Positions 49,085 to 60,540 of a DNA stretch of 64,000 nt are shown here, in pieces. Source of the stretch: Azolla caroliniana (Eukaryota; Plantae; Polypodiophyta); the NCBI GenBank assembly GCA_043228905.1, contig JBHGNT010000008.1, forward strand, positions 11,532,001 to 11,596,000, read 5' to 3'. The translations under genes and the position numbers were made by a program. The notes under the pieces were generated by a model. It made no database searches and was not told where the DNA came from. It saw only the letters and a program-made list of their open reading frames with translations. How positions within the stretch are numbered: position 1 is the first letter of the stretch; the number at the start of each line of letters is the position of its first letter.

Positions 49085-52000
49085 ATGACTAGACCAACGC
49101 ACGACCTGGTTACAGACCGAGCTCGACGCCTCGCCGAACGGCAAAGACGGCGTGAGACTTTCCAGCAAGCAGCGCACGAAATTCGCTCGGATCGTTCGTT
49201 CTCCAACGAGATCCGGAGAGTCGCGGAGGAATCTCTTCGGTTACAGCAAACTCGCGACCAGGACGACGGAAGCGGTCTAAGTAGTCTCCGGGAAACCGAA
49301 CGCCTCCTCGAGGCACTGGCAAGCGGAGAAAACGAGGCAGAAGCCTTTTCAGCCTACGAATCGGATTCCGAAGGGGGATACAACGTGCACACGAACTACC
49401 GGAGCAGCAACGATACCCCCGGCGGCCCGGAGGACGACGGGTAGGATACCGTGCAGACTCCAGAACCGGAACCGTTCGACCAGGGCTATCCGGAACCGCA
49501 AACGGAAGCCGTCAACCCACCAACACCGGAAGTGGAAGAAGCAAAGCCACCGACACCAACGAAAGTGCCGGCGAAGGTACCGGAAGAAGAGCCGGTGAAG
49601 GAACCAGAAAAAGAACCGGAAAAAGAACCGGAAGTGGAACAGGAGAGAAAACCGGAAAGATATCGACAAACGCCACTAAACTGCGGCCTCATACTGGACG
49701 ACGACATGCCGTTCCAATACTCAAAGTATCGCGATGATCCGGAAGCGGAAGCGCATGTTCATGCCTTCGAGCAGACATGGGAAGCAAATCACGCGTCCCA
49801 GCGATTGACACCGGAGGAAGAAGAACGCTCGAAGATAGCGGAATTCGGGGTCACGTTGGAAGGACCAGCGGCACGATGGCGGCGGACGCAGGACCCGGCG
49901 ACCATCACAACCTTTGCAGAATTAAAAGCAAAATTCTTGCATTTTTTCCACAAGGAGGTCGACCAGACGACGATGGTGGGCCTGTTTTATACGATCCGAC
50001 AGGAGGCAGGGGAAAGCATTCCCCAATTCGTCATCCGTTTCCAACGAATGCATAGCCAGCTTGCCTGTGCACCCCCGGAGGAGGAATTACGGACGATATT
50101 TTTAAACGCACTCCGGGAACCGTTACGCACGGTGTGTACGGTGATCGACTTTCGAGGAAGCACCATTGACCAGGTCATTGACCGGGTCAGAGAAATGGAA
50201 AAGTCAAGCTCATGGCTTACACTAGGAGCACTGCAACGGGCGTTACCCACCGATGAAGATCTCCGGTTCCGGCAGGCAATTCAATGCACAATCTGCTTGA
50301 ATGCCGGACCCTCGGCAGTGGAGTGCACCATGCGAACCCAGTGTGTGATTTGTCAATCCAAGAGTCATACAACGGACCGGTGCGAGTATAACCTGCTAAA
50401 CCGACAAGCACCACCCGTCCGACGGATCGAGCCAAGAAGCAGCCGAGACGAAGATGAAGATCGTTGGCAAAGAATGAACCGGTACCGACCGGCACAGGAT
50501 GTCCGGTACGGAGACAGACAAGAGAATGATGGCCGGTACGAGGATCGGCATGATAACTACGACCGGTATGAGCGATCGGACCGTTATCGGGAGTCCAACA
50601 AACGACACGAGCAATACGACAGAGACCATTCCCCTGGTTACCGAAGGCACCTGGAGGACTACGGCCGATTTTACGATCCACCACGACAGGACTACCGAAA
50701 TAAAAATAAGAATAATAAGAAACGTAATTTCAAGAAAGGTGGTCACCCTAGGGACCCGGAACATGGAATCCCAAGGAGCCAACTGGCACAGAGCGCACCA
50801 CTCACTACGGGACCGACTCCGGCTACTAGCAATGCTGAATCCAGCAATACCCGTAAAAAGTACTGCTACTACTGCAGGCAGGAAGGCCACTACAGTAACC
50901 AGTGCCCGGCAAAGAGCTACGATAAACGACCAGCAGTTAATATGGTGGTTCCGGAAGTGGCGGATGTACAGCAAGTAACCACACGGTCGAAAGGCATGGC
51001 CAAAGAGTGGGAAACACAAGAGGCCATACGAAAACAGGCGACGGAATGGGTGAAGGAAGCCAATGAAAGGAACGTCGCGGACGCGGAACGGCAAAAGGCG
51101 AATACCATAGGGAGTGCCGGCGGTAGCCACGCAGAAAACGAGACATGGCAAGCACTGCAAGAATGTCAGATCACGTTGCCATTAGGAAGACTCTTGCAGC
51201 TCATGCCGCGATTTACGGAAGGACTAAAAACGGTCATGACAGACGGTATAGCCCCATCGGCACCAGTCCTCTTCTCGAATCCGGAGGAGGGACCGACGGT
51301 GGTGGACACTAGTAGTCCGGTGATTACAGCTATTGTCAAAGGGCACGAACTTCCCGGCACAGTAATCGATGGAGGTTCCGGGGTGAACGTAATAAGCCTC
51401 CGCACGTGTGATGCCTTGGGTATACATGAATGGGAGCCATGTCCGTTCTGGCTACGGATGGCGGATACGAGCTCTGTACGGCCGACGGGCTTAATACGGA
51501 AATTGGAAGTCACCATAGGAGGTCACACATTTCACATCTCCGCTGTAGTGCTGCAGCTACAGGCGCAAGGCGCGTACCCACTGTTGCTGGGCAGACCATG
51601 GTTGAAAACAGCACACATCAAGCAAAATTGGCGGAAAAATATGATTACCTTCCGGCGCGGAAAAGCCAAGGTCCGGGTACCGACACAACCACGGACGAGC
51701 AACGGTAAGGAATGCACACCGCTGTATGCGGAATGCGTGAACATGCTTGAAGGGTTGGCAGACGACGAAGAAGCCCAGTACTTGGAGGAACACCCGAAGA
51801 TCGTACCACTTTTCGAGATTGACGTGGCTGAAGCCGTAGCGCCATACTTGCCGCAGCGGGACGAAACCGAAGCCGAACCAGACAAAGATTCGATTCGGGA
51901 ATTACGGCAAGCACAGGAAGCGTTGGAACGGGAAATGGCCGTTTCCCAACGGGTAAAAACATCCCAGCTCGACGAAGTGAACCTAGGAAGCAAGGATGAA

Positions 52001-54970
52001 TCAAAGCCGGTACTCATCGCCAAAGAAATGAAGCCGGAAGATAAAGCGGCGATGATCAAACTTCTCACGGAGTTTCGCGACGTATTCGCCTGGTCATACG
52101 AAGACATGCGAGGGTTGGACCCTCAATTATATCAGCATCAGATCCACTTAGGCAAGGACGCGAAACCAGTGGCGCAAAGACGTTACCGAATGAACCCCAA
52201 CTACGCCGCCAAAGTGAAGGAGGAAATCGACAAACTCCTAAGAGTGGGCTTCATCCGGCCGGTAAAGAAAGCGATGTGGCTGAGCCCCATCGTCGTCGTC
52301 CCAAAGAAGAACGGTAAAATCCACGTGTGTGTAGATTACAGGAAACTAAATGCAGCCACAATTACGGATGCATTCCCTCTTCCGTTCACGGATGGAGCAC
52401 TGGATGCCGTCGCCGGCCATGAAGTTTATAGCTTTTTAGACGGGTTCAGCGGATACAATCAAATCCGGATGCACCTTGACGACCAGGAGAAGACAGCGTT
52501 CGTAACCGAATGGGGAGTGTTTGTGGCCGTAGTAATGATGTTCGGACTAAAAACGGCACCAGCAACTTTCCAGCGAATCATCATGGAGATCTTCGGCGAA
52601 TACATTCCAGCCTTCATGCAGGTTTTCCTGGATGACTTTGCAGTCTATAGCCGGGAAAAAGACCATTTGCAGCACCTACGGTTATGCCTTGAAAAGTGTA
52701 GGTTATACCGGCTAAGCTTAAACCCAGCAAAATGCATCTTTGGGGTTTCAAGTGGAATCTTACTGGGACACATTGTAAGTAAGGAGGGCATTGCGGTCGA
52801 CCCGGACAAAGTAAACGCGATACTAGGGGCACCGGCGCCGAAAACGGCCAAAGCACTAAGCCGATTCTTAGGACAGATCCGGTGGCACAGCCGGATGCTC
52901 CGTCACTTGGCTGACTTGGCTACACCATTACACACCGCGGTACATCGGACACCGTTCCAATGGACGGATACGGAGGATAAGGCATACAATGCCCTGAAGG
53001 TACTTTTGTCGCAAGCACCCGTCGTGCAGCCTCCGGATTGGAGCAAGGAATTTCATGTGTTCGTTGACGCTTCCGACATCGCTATCGGCAGCGCCTTAAT
53101 GCAACTTACGGAGCCCAAATGGTACTGGCCGGTATATTACGCCAGCCGGAAGCTGTCCCAAGCGGAGAAGAACTATTCGACTACGGAACGGGAGGCCCTG
53201 GGCATGATCTACAGTGTCACAAAGTTTCGTCATTACCTATTGGGAAGGAAGCTCTCCTTTCATGTGGATCACTCGGTGCTCCTGTACTTAGTGTCCAAGG
53301 CGTCCCTGACCAGTAAGTTGGCCCGTTGGACCTTGCTGTTGCAGGAGTTTGAATTCGAGATCTTCCACCGGCCCGGTATCCAGCATGCCGTAGCAGACTA
53401 TCTGAGCCGGTTAGAGTCCGGAGAATCAGGCGACGGAGTAGCGGATGAATTCCCGGACGCAGAGTTATTCCGTATCACCCCGGAAACGGCAGCGCACGAC
53501 ACGGTGGTATCAGAAGATAGGTGGCTGACAAACATGCACCAGTTCCTAAGCACGGGCCAGCCACCGTAGGAAATGAACCGGGACGAGAGGAAACGACTGG
53601 CGGTGCAGAGCCGCAATTTCTGTCTGTTACGGGACACTCTCTACCACAAGGGAGCAGATGGAATATGGAGACGGGCAGTCCGTAGTGACGAGAAACAAGT
53701 AATCTTACGGGAAGCACACTATGGGGTTGCCGGAGGACACTATGCCGGGGAAGTGACGGCAAGGAAAGTATGGCAGAGCGGCTTATGGTGGCCCACGACG
53801 TTAAAAGACGCCGTCAAATATGCTAAGGAATGTGACCTATGCCAACGAATGGGCCAGCCTACGGAGCAAGCACGGATGCCACACCAACCGGTACTTCCAC
53901 TAGAGCCATTCCAGAAGTGGGGGTTGGATTTTGTCGGACCGTTCAAGCCACCGGCAATGAGAACGGGTAATCGTTATGTCATCGTGGCAACAGATTATTG
54001 CACTAAATGGGTGGAGGCTAAGGCCTTGAGAGACAACACCGTGTCATCCACAGCAAAATTCCTGTACGAAAACATTTGGTGCCGATATGGATGTCCGATT
54101 GAATTAATCAGCGACCAAGGAGGGCACTTCCTCGGCCAGGTAGTTGAAAGCTTAACAACGTTCTATGCCGTGGTCCATAAACGGAGCACACCGTACTACC
54201 CACAAGCAAACGGGTTAGCAGAGTCAACCAACAAAACACTCCAGAACATTCTCCGCAAAATCGTCAATGAAAACCGGACGGACTGGGATACAAAGCTCCA
54301 TAGCGCGCTATGGGCGTACCGAACGGCATACAAAACAAGTATCCGGACAACGCCGTTCCGGTTAGCGTTTGGCTTAGAGGCGGTCATGCCGGTGGAATTT
54401 CAGGTACCAAGCTTACGGATCCAACTACGGGAACGGCTGAATGAAAAGGAGTCGGAGGAAATGCGGCTAGCAGCACTATGCGAACTGGAGGAGCAACGGC
54501 TGGCCAGCATCCTACACATGGAACTGGAGCAACGACGACGGAAAGCGTTCGTTGACCGTCACCGGAAAGGTAATGAAAAGATGTTCGAAATCGGAAAGCC
54601 GGTGCTAGTATTCCAAACGAGGATGGGCAAGATGCCGGGTAAACTCCGGTTTAGATGGACAGGCCCGTATTGGCTGACACGGGAATACAACGGGTCCTAT
54701 CAGTTAGGGACACTTGCCGGTGAAGTGCTAGGCAAGTGGGTCAACGGATTTAGACTAAAGCCCTATAAAGGACCGATGCCAAATAACCCATTTATGCAGC
54801 CCACCGGCACTATACCGGGAACGGTACGGATGGAAGAAAAAGACGACGGGGAACCCGTAGCAGAGGCGAAGGAAGACACGGCAACCCGTAAGGAAAACAG
54901 TAATGGTCCGAAGGGACCTACGGAGGTGTTAGATCACATACCGTCATTTATAAAAATTAAAATAAAATAA
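49085..54970 (+). pseudogene. gag-pol: Gypsy gag-PR-RT-RH-IN in a single frame with two in-frame TAG stops (49442, 53567)
   Basis: ORFs 49085, 49451 and 53573 are in one frame. Zinc knuckles, IDGGSG, FLDGFSGYNQI, FLDDF, DASD..NYSTTERE, H..GGH..CDLC and WGLDF/SDQG/LAE. No chromodomain. Confidence 0.95.
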
Positions 54971-55324
54971 AAAAAATAAAAAGAAGAAGAAGAGAAATCA
55001 TTAAAAATCGAGGTATGAACGGACGTGAAAGCAAGGAGCGAAAAGGTACGTAGTGGGCATTTAAGAGCCGCCACATTACTTAATACTAAATTGGTACACG
55101 ACGTGCGCATGCTCGAAAAAGGCGCCAAGACGCACAGAGAAAAAGAAGAACGCATGGAGATCTTTACATTTCGCGAGCCAAGAAGCACAGAAGCACCAAG
55201 GCAGTGGAAGCTTAGCAAACGCGAACCTGCACTCAGAGAACCCCCACGTTCGGAACTCTCTCTCTCTCGCTCTCACTCTCATCACCACTCTACCTCGCCA
55301 TCTTTCCTCGACCTCGAAGCAGAC

Positions 55325-57985
55325 ATGGACCCACAAACGCTGTCGGAAGCGGCCAGGAAATGGATCAGGCAACACGGACTGGATGGGTTCTTGACCATCA
55401 TGGAGGCACCACCGCACAAAGAAGCCGACCGGGTCATCAAGGAGCTCGACACAGAAGTCATCACCGAGGAAGTGATCCGTGCGCTAACAGGCCTTCCGGA
55501 GGGAGGTATTTTTCAGATCGATAACCCAACCTCGGAGCAAGTCATCTGATATTTCGGTGAGTACTGTCTAGCCGGCAAAGGCTATCGAACGCAGGGCGGC
55601 GAAGATCCGCTATTCAGGGAGATAGCTCGAGTGCTCCATGAGTACGGCCACGTGTACCCCCGACCCCCTGTCATGCCAAAAAATCGGGTAGGGATGATCA
55701 TAGCCACCTATGAAGGGATCAAGGTGGATTGGCCGGTGTTGATTGCAGACGGTTTGTGCGCGGAAATCGACACGGTACGAGGAAAGGACGGCAAGGAGGG
55801 CCGGAAGCTGTGGCATGCCGTAGCTCAGTGGATAACATTGCTCGCGCCGCCGGTCGAGACCGTCCAGCCAAAGAAGCGGCCAAGATTATCGGAAGGAAGC
55901 ACCTCGAAACCCGCGTCCAAACGACAGCAGCTGTTGGCGTCGAAGGCGACGAAAGGGAAGAAACGGCTCCCAGAACCAGAGGAGGTGTCACCGGTCCGAC
56001 CCGTTAAGATAACCATACGGCGACCGGGACAGAAGGAACCGGAACCCTTGACGGCACAGATACATGCCGTTACCCAGGAAGAGGAAACGGAGGAGCCAGT
56101 AGAGCACCTCCAACGACGGTCAAGAAGTAGGACCGCCGGGACAGCGGGGGAGCGTTCGGACCCGCAAAAGGAAGAAATGCCCCCAACTCAACCTGAGCAA
56201 ACCACAAGGGAGGAACCGGAACCGGTGCGTATAGAACCGGCCTTGTCGACTTCTATACAAGAAGTCATTCCAACGGCTCCGGAGACGGCGAGAACTGGAA
56301 CTCAACAGTCGGCGAGCCCAGCCAGCACACACAGCGGCCAAGGGGTAGAACCAGAACGGCAGATACAGGCACTCAGGCCAGACAATTCCACAGTGAACGA
56401 GCCGACCCGACCAGTACAACAGCAAGGCACCAGTAGCATGTGGCTACGGTGGGTAGGCGAGCAGATCGCCGGAGCGGTCGAGTACATAGAGGCGGAGGAG
56501 AGAGTGCACCACGAACGGTTGCTCGTCACAACCGTAGATCTAGAGACGGCCCGGTCCAGAATCCGGAGCCTTGAACACGACTTGGACAGGGTCACAAGGG
56601 AAATGGCTCAATTGGCTTTGACAACACAAGTCCAAGCACCGGTGACTCCGGGCAATGTATAGAATAAAGCGTCAGATCAACCTGTACATAGCAATCAGAC
56701 CCCGGCAACGGAAACCATTCCGGAGAGATATGCGGCACAAGCCCAAGAGCTTGCGGACTTAAAGGATGAGCTAGCTGCCCAAGAAGCGCTGAGGAGCCGC
56801 GAAAGAGAGTTGAAGACGGCAGCGGAGGCAGAACTCAAAAAGACTGCTGAGAATCTACGCCGGGCCGAGGAGAGCTTACGAAAAGGCCACCAAGCGTACG
56901 ACCGGCTCAAGGAGGAAAAGGAGAAAATGCTGCAAGAGAAGGACAGGCTCCGGAGAAACGCCGAAACAGAAGTAGAGCGCCTGAAAGAGGAACTCTGGCA
57001 GCTAAAGGACCGGGAGGACCGGAACCATCGCCAGATCAACGGCAAGCTCAAACAAAAAATGGAGGAATTTGAGCACTTGCACCGGGAGTATAAACGGTTG
57101 CAAACGGAGCACAAGGAACGGACGGATGAGCTCCGGCAAGCAGTTGATCGGACCGCAACGGCATACGCTAATGAACAAGCGGAAACCAGAAGACGGTTGG
57201 AAGAGGCGGAGAAGGTTCGGACAGAGCTCCTCAGGCAACAGCAGGCGGAAAGAGAAAGAGCGGCGGAGGTACTGCAGAGGCTGCAGACAACATATCAAGG
57301 GCAGCTGACGCGCTACAGAGAGCAGGCGGAGGATACGACTAATCTCATCAAGCAGTTGAAGGAGGAACGACAAGTTGTGGAAAGTAGAGCGCAAATGGGA
57401 GCAAGTCGCATCCAGGATATCATGCGGGCCTGGTTGAACCAGACCAAGAGCTTGATTGACAACGGTTCCGTCAAATGGTGGACCAAGTGGGCCCCGAACG
57501 CGGCGGAACTCCAATTGCTCCGGGCCGACGTAGAGAACGGGCGGAAGGAGGGAGATGATTGCTATATGCTGACTTCCGAAGACTTCACCGGCATAAGAGA
57601 TGAGCTGGCCGAAGACTTTCAAGCCTTGGCAGAGGACCAACTAGGGCAAGTCCGGCAACTTGTAGCTCAGCTGGACGACGACAGGCTGGAGGCGCAGATC
57701 CAGTTTGAAAGCTACGAGAGGTCCCGGATCCGGGAAGAGAAAGCACGAGAACCGGTTATGGTCAACCTCAGTGATGAGGAACCATTACTGGAAGGAGACC
57801 GGACCGGAAGCAGTCAAACGGGGATGCCGGAGTCAGAGAAACAAACGGAGCAGCCGCCTATAGAGCAGCCGGAGCAGTCTCAGTCCCAACCGCAACCACA
57901 GCAAGCACAACCGCGACAACCACAACCGGAAGAACAATTGGAAACTCTGGAACAAAGTATTTTGGACAATTTGGGTGAACAATGA
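55325..57985 (+). pseudogene. Extra ORF (~886 codons; two in-frame stops at 55547 and 56660): globular N-terminal domain, disordered linker, long coiled coil
   Basis: ORFs 55025, 55631 and 56810 share one frame and the gaps between them are open. ATG at 55325. Homolog at ~38340-38800. Confidence 0.88.
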
Positions 57986-58976
57986 AGGGGCCGAGAAGGG
58001 TTCGACGTACAAGGTACTGTCCCACGGGCGTGCCATGTGTTACCGGCCGGCAAGGAGTCCAAAATACGGAGTGAAGGAATTAATTAAGTATGGTTGTAAA
58101 TAAGCATAGTGTGGACGGACGGACTGGAAACGGTATGCCGTTCCAGATCCGGACGGATCCCGAATAGGTGCGATAGGCACCGTTTTGTACTACGGGCCGA
58201 AAACTTATTTAAAGGCCCGGACCCCATTGTAATCGCAGCGGATAATTAATAGAGCGTATGGTGTTTATACTTCTGTGTTGATTTCCGTTCTGTAATTACT
58301 GTTATATCTTACGCGTGTAATTAACAAAAGCGCTCTAATCGTGTAACCTACGTAAGTCGGTGTAATCGTTGAGTCATAATCCTATGCCGTAATCACCCTT
58401 TGGTGAAGTGTCTCCGCGACATCTTGTGTTAGACCTTGTCCGGTCAGAGAACAACAGCCATTTGGTCTTACAAATGCACCAACAGTTTTTCAACATATGG
58501 TGAATGACATTTTTCAAGACTTCCTCGATATCTTCATCATAGTTTACTTGGATGATATCTTGATCTACTCAAAAACTCAAGAGGAGCATGAGATACATGT
58601 TCGCCAGGTTTTGCAACGGTTATGAGAGTATGGTCTCTATGCAAAATTGGAGAAGTGTAGTTTCGATCAATGTCAAGTGGAATTTTTGGGGTACATAGTC
58701 TCTTCAAATGGCATCTCTATGGATCCATCAAAGGTTCAAACAATTTTGGATTAGCAAACATCATAGTCTGTGCGAGATGTACAATGTTTTTTGGGGTTCG
58801 CAAACTTGTATCGCAAGTTCATCAAAGATTATTCAAAGATTGTATTGCCCCTCACTCAACTAACGCGCAAGAATCAACCATTTGTATGGGGTATAGATGC
58901 GAACTCTGCATTTGAAGGTTTAAAGCAAGCGTTTACATCTGCACCAATTTTAATACATGTCGATCCAATGAGGCGC

Positions 58977-60518
58977 TGTCGCGAAAATACGACGAGGATA
59001 CGTGAACTTTGAGGCAGAACCTCGAGGCCTCCGACCGGAAGATATCAGATTTGTATTATTATATTAAGCAATTAATACAAAATGAGAAAGATTCACAAAT
59101 TTCATTCATAAAGAGAAAGAAAGATTACAATCAATCTCAAGATTGAGATTACAAAAAGTTTAGCTAATGGAGATTACTAGAGTAATAGATAAGAGGAAAT
59201 TAAGATATGGATTCTATAGAAATTTAGGGTTATGAGTAAGATCTTCGGTAGGGAAAATTAGGGTTTTTGAGTCTTATGGGTTCCGTAGGGAAATTAGGGT
59301 TTATGAGCCATATGGCTTGCGTAGGGAAATTAGGGTTTATGAGCCGTATGGCTTCCGTAGGGAAATTAGGATTTTTTGCTTCCGTAGGGAATTTAGGGTT
59401 TATGAGAGTTATGGCTTCCCTAAGATAAGGGAGCGAAGAAGGAAAAGAAAAATAATGGAAAGACCCCCCAAGTATAGGAAAAAAATGGAATATATATGGT
59501 GGTCCCCGTTGATCATATGCATGTCTACTTTTTGTTGCATGGCCTCTACTTTTAGTTGCTTAGCTTTTTCTTTTAGTTGCATCTATTTTTAGTGTCATGG
59601 CTTTTTCGTTTAGTTGCATGTGACCGTCCACATGACCTTTACTTTTTGCATGCACTCCAACTTTAGTTGCTTGCGTCCACATGGCCTTTACTTTAGTTCT
59701 CTTCACTTTACTTTAGTTTGTTGCATTATCCAATCTTCCGTCCGTCCGCATCCAACCTCGTCTGGTAGTCGGTTCCGCCCGATCGCCGAATCCCTCGCCG
59801 GCCGGTTCCATTTTGCTTGTTGGCCGGTTCCGGTTCCGGTTTGCTTACCGGTTCCGGTTTTGCTTACCGGATGGTTTCTGGTTTGCATACTGGTTCCGGT
59901 TCCGGTTTTGCTTACCGGCCGGTTCCGATTTTGCTTGCCGACCGGTTCTGGTTCCGGTTTGCTTGCCGGTTTCGGTTTCGGTTTTGCTTACCGGCCGGTT
60001 TCCTGTTTTGCTTGCCAGCCGATTCCGGTTCCGGTTTTGCTTACCGGCCTGTTTTTGGTTTGCATACCGGCCGGTTTCCGTATTTGCTTACCAGACCGGT
60101 TTCTAGATTTGCTTACCAGCTGGTTTCCGGATTTGTTTACTGGACCAGTTTCTGGATTTGTTTACCAGCCAGTTTCCGGATTTGTTTACTAGCCGGTTTC
60201 TAGTTTTAGGGAATTTGACCACCATCATCCATCAAGACAAAGTGGCCAAAGTGCTCTTAGCACAAATAAAAAATGAGGGAGCTCAAGGTGCTTATATAGC
60301 CAGGGCCTTAACTTTCCTATCTATGTGGGATAGTTCTAATTTCCCTAATTTCTCAAACTTTATTTTCACATAACTTGATATGTATTTCTCCATTTTGTAT
60401 ATAGTAAAAAACGTCTTGAAGGTCTTGAGTATATTCATCTTTCTATAGTAAGCTACTAATCTAATCTATAATAATTATTTCATTACTTTTTACATAGTGT
60501 GTGAAGATTCACACGACA
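58977..60518 (-). repeat. Long 3' LTR (same family as 625-1984) with about 20 bp of PPT-side internal sequence
   Basis: TGTCGCG...CACGACA followed by TTCGCCCCCACCAAACC. Internal CCGGTT arrays at 59800-60200 and TTAGGGTTT-containing repeats at 59220-59420. Confidence 0.88.
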
Positions 60519-60540
60519 TTCGCCCCCACCAAACCTACAC

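Larger units (their letters stand above)
48613..58456 (+). mobile_element. Young non-chromovirus Ty3/Gypsy element G with an extra 3' ORF, TSD GCCAT
   Basis: 419-bp LTRs at 48613-49031 and 58038-58456 (about 6 mismatches). GCCAT at 48608-48612 and 58457-58461. Confidence 0.97.
40750..58970 (+). pseudogene. Tcn1-like chromovirus gag-PR-RT remnant in three pieces (40750-40815, 46534-48612, 58462-58970), host of two insertions
   Basis: MSDSTSDLSQ..LEN|EAL; PKKFDGTRSHFRGF; ALLDSGA; [17 protein letters not shown]; EYTMMP|FGLTNAP..VYLDDIL. The frames are continuous across the TSDs. Confidence 0.9.

Noticed and set aside
49442-56662. Programmed stop-codon readthrough at the four in-frame stops of element G
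   Set aside because: The stops are not at typical Gag/Pol boundaries. Most are one C-to-T change from CAG or CGA, so post-insertion mutation is the simpler explanation.
55325-57985. Envelope gene
   Set aside because: No signal peptide or transmembrane segment is evident, and the protein is highly charged and coiled-coil.
58032-58036. GCCAT just before the 3' LTR, identical to the TSD
   Set aside because: It is offset by one base from the LTR and only 5 bp long, so it is probably chance.
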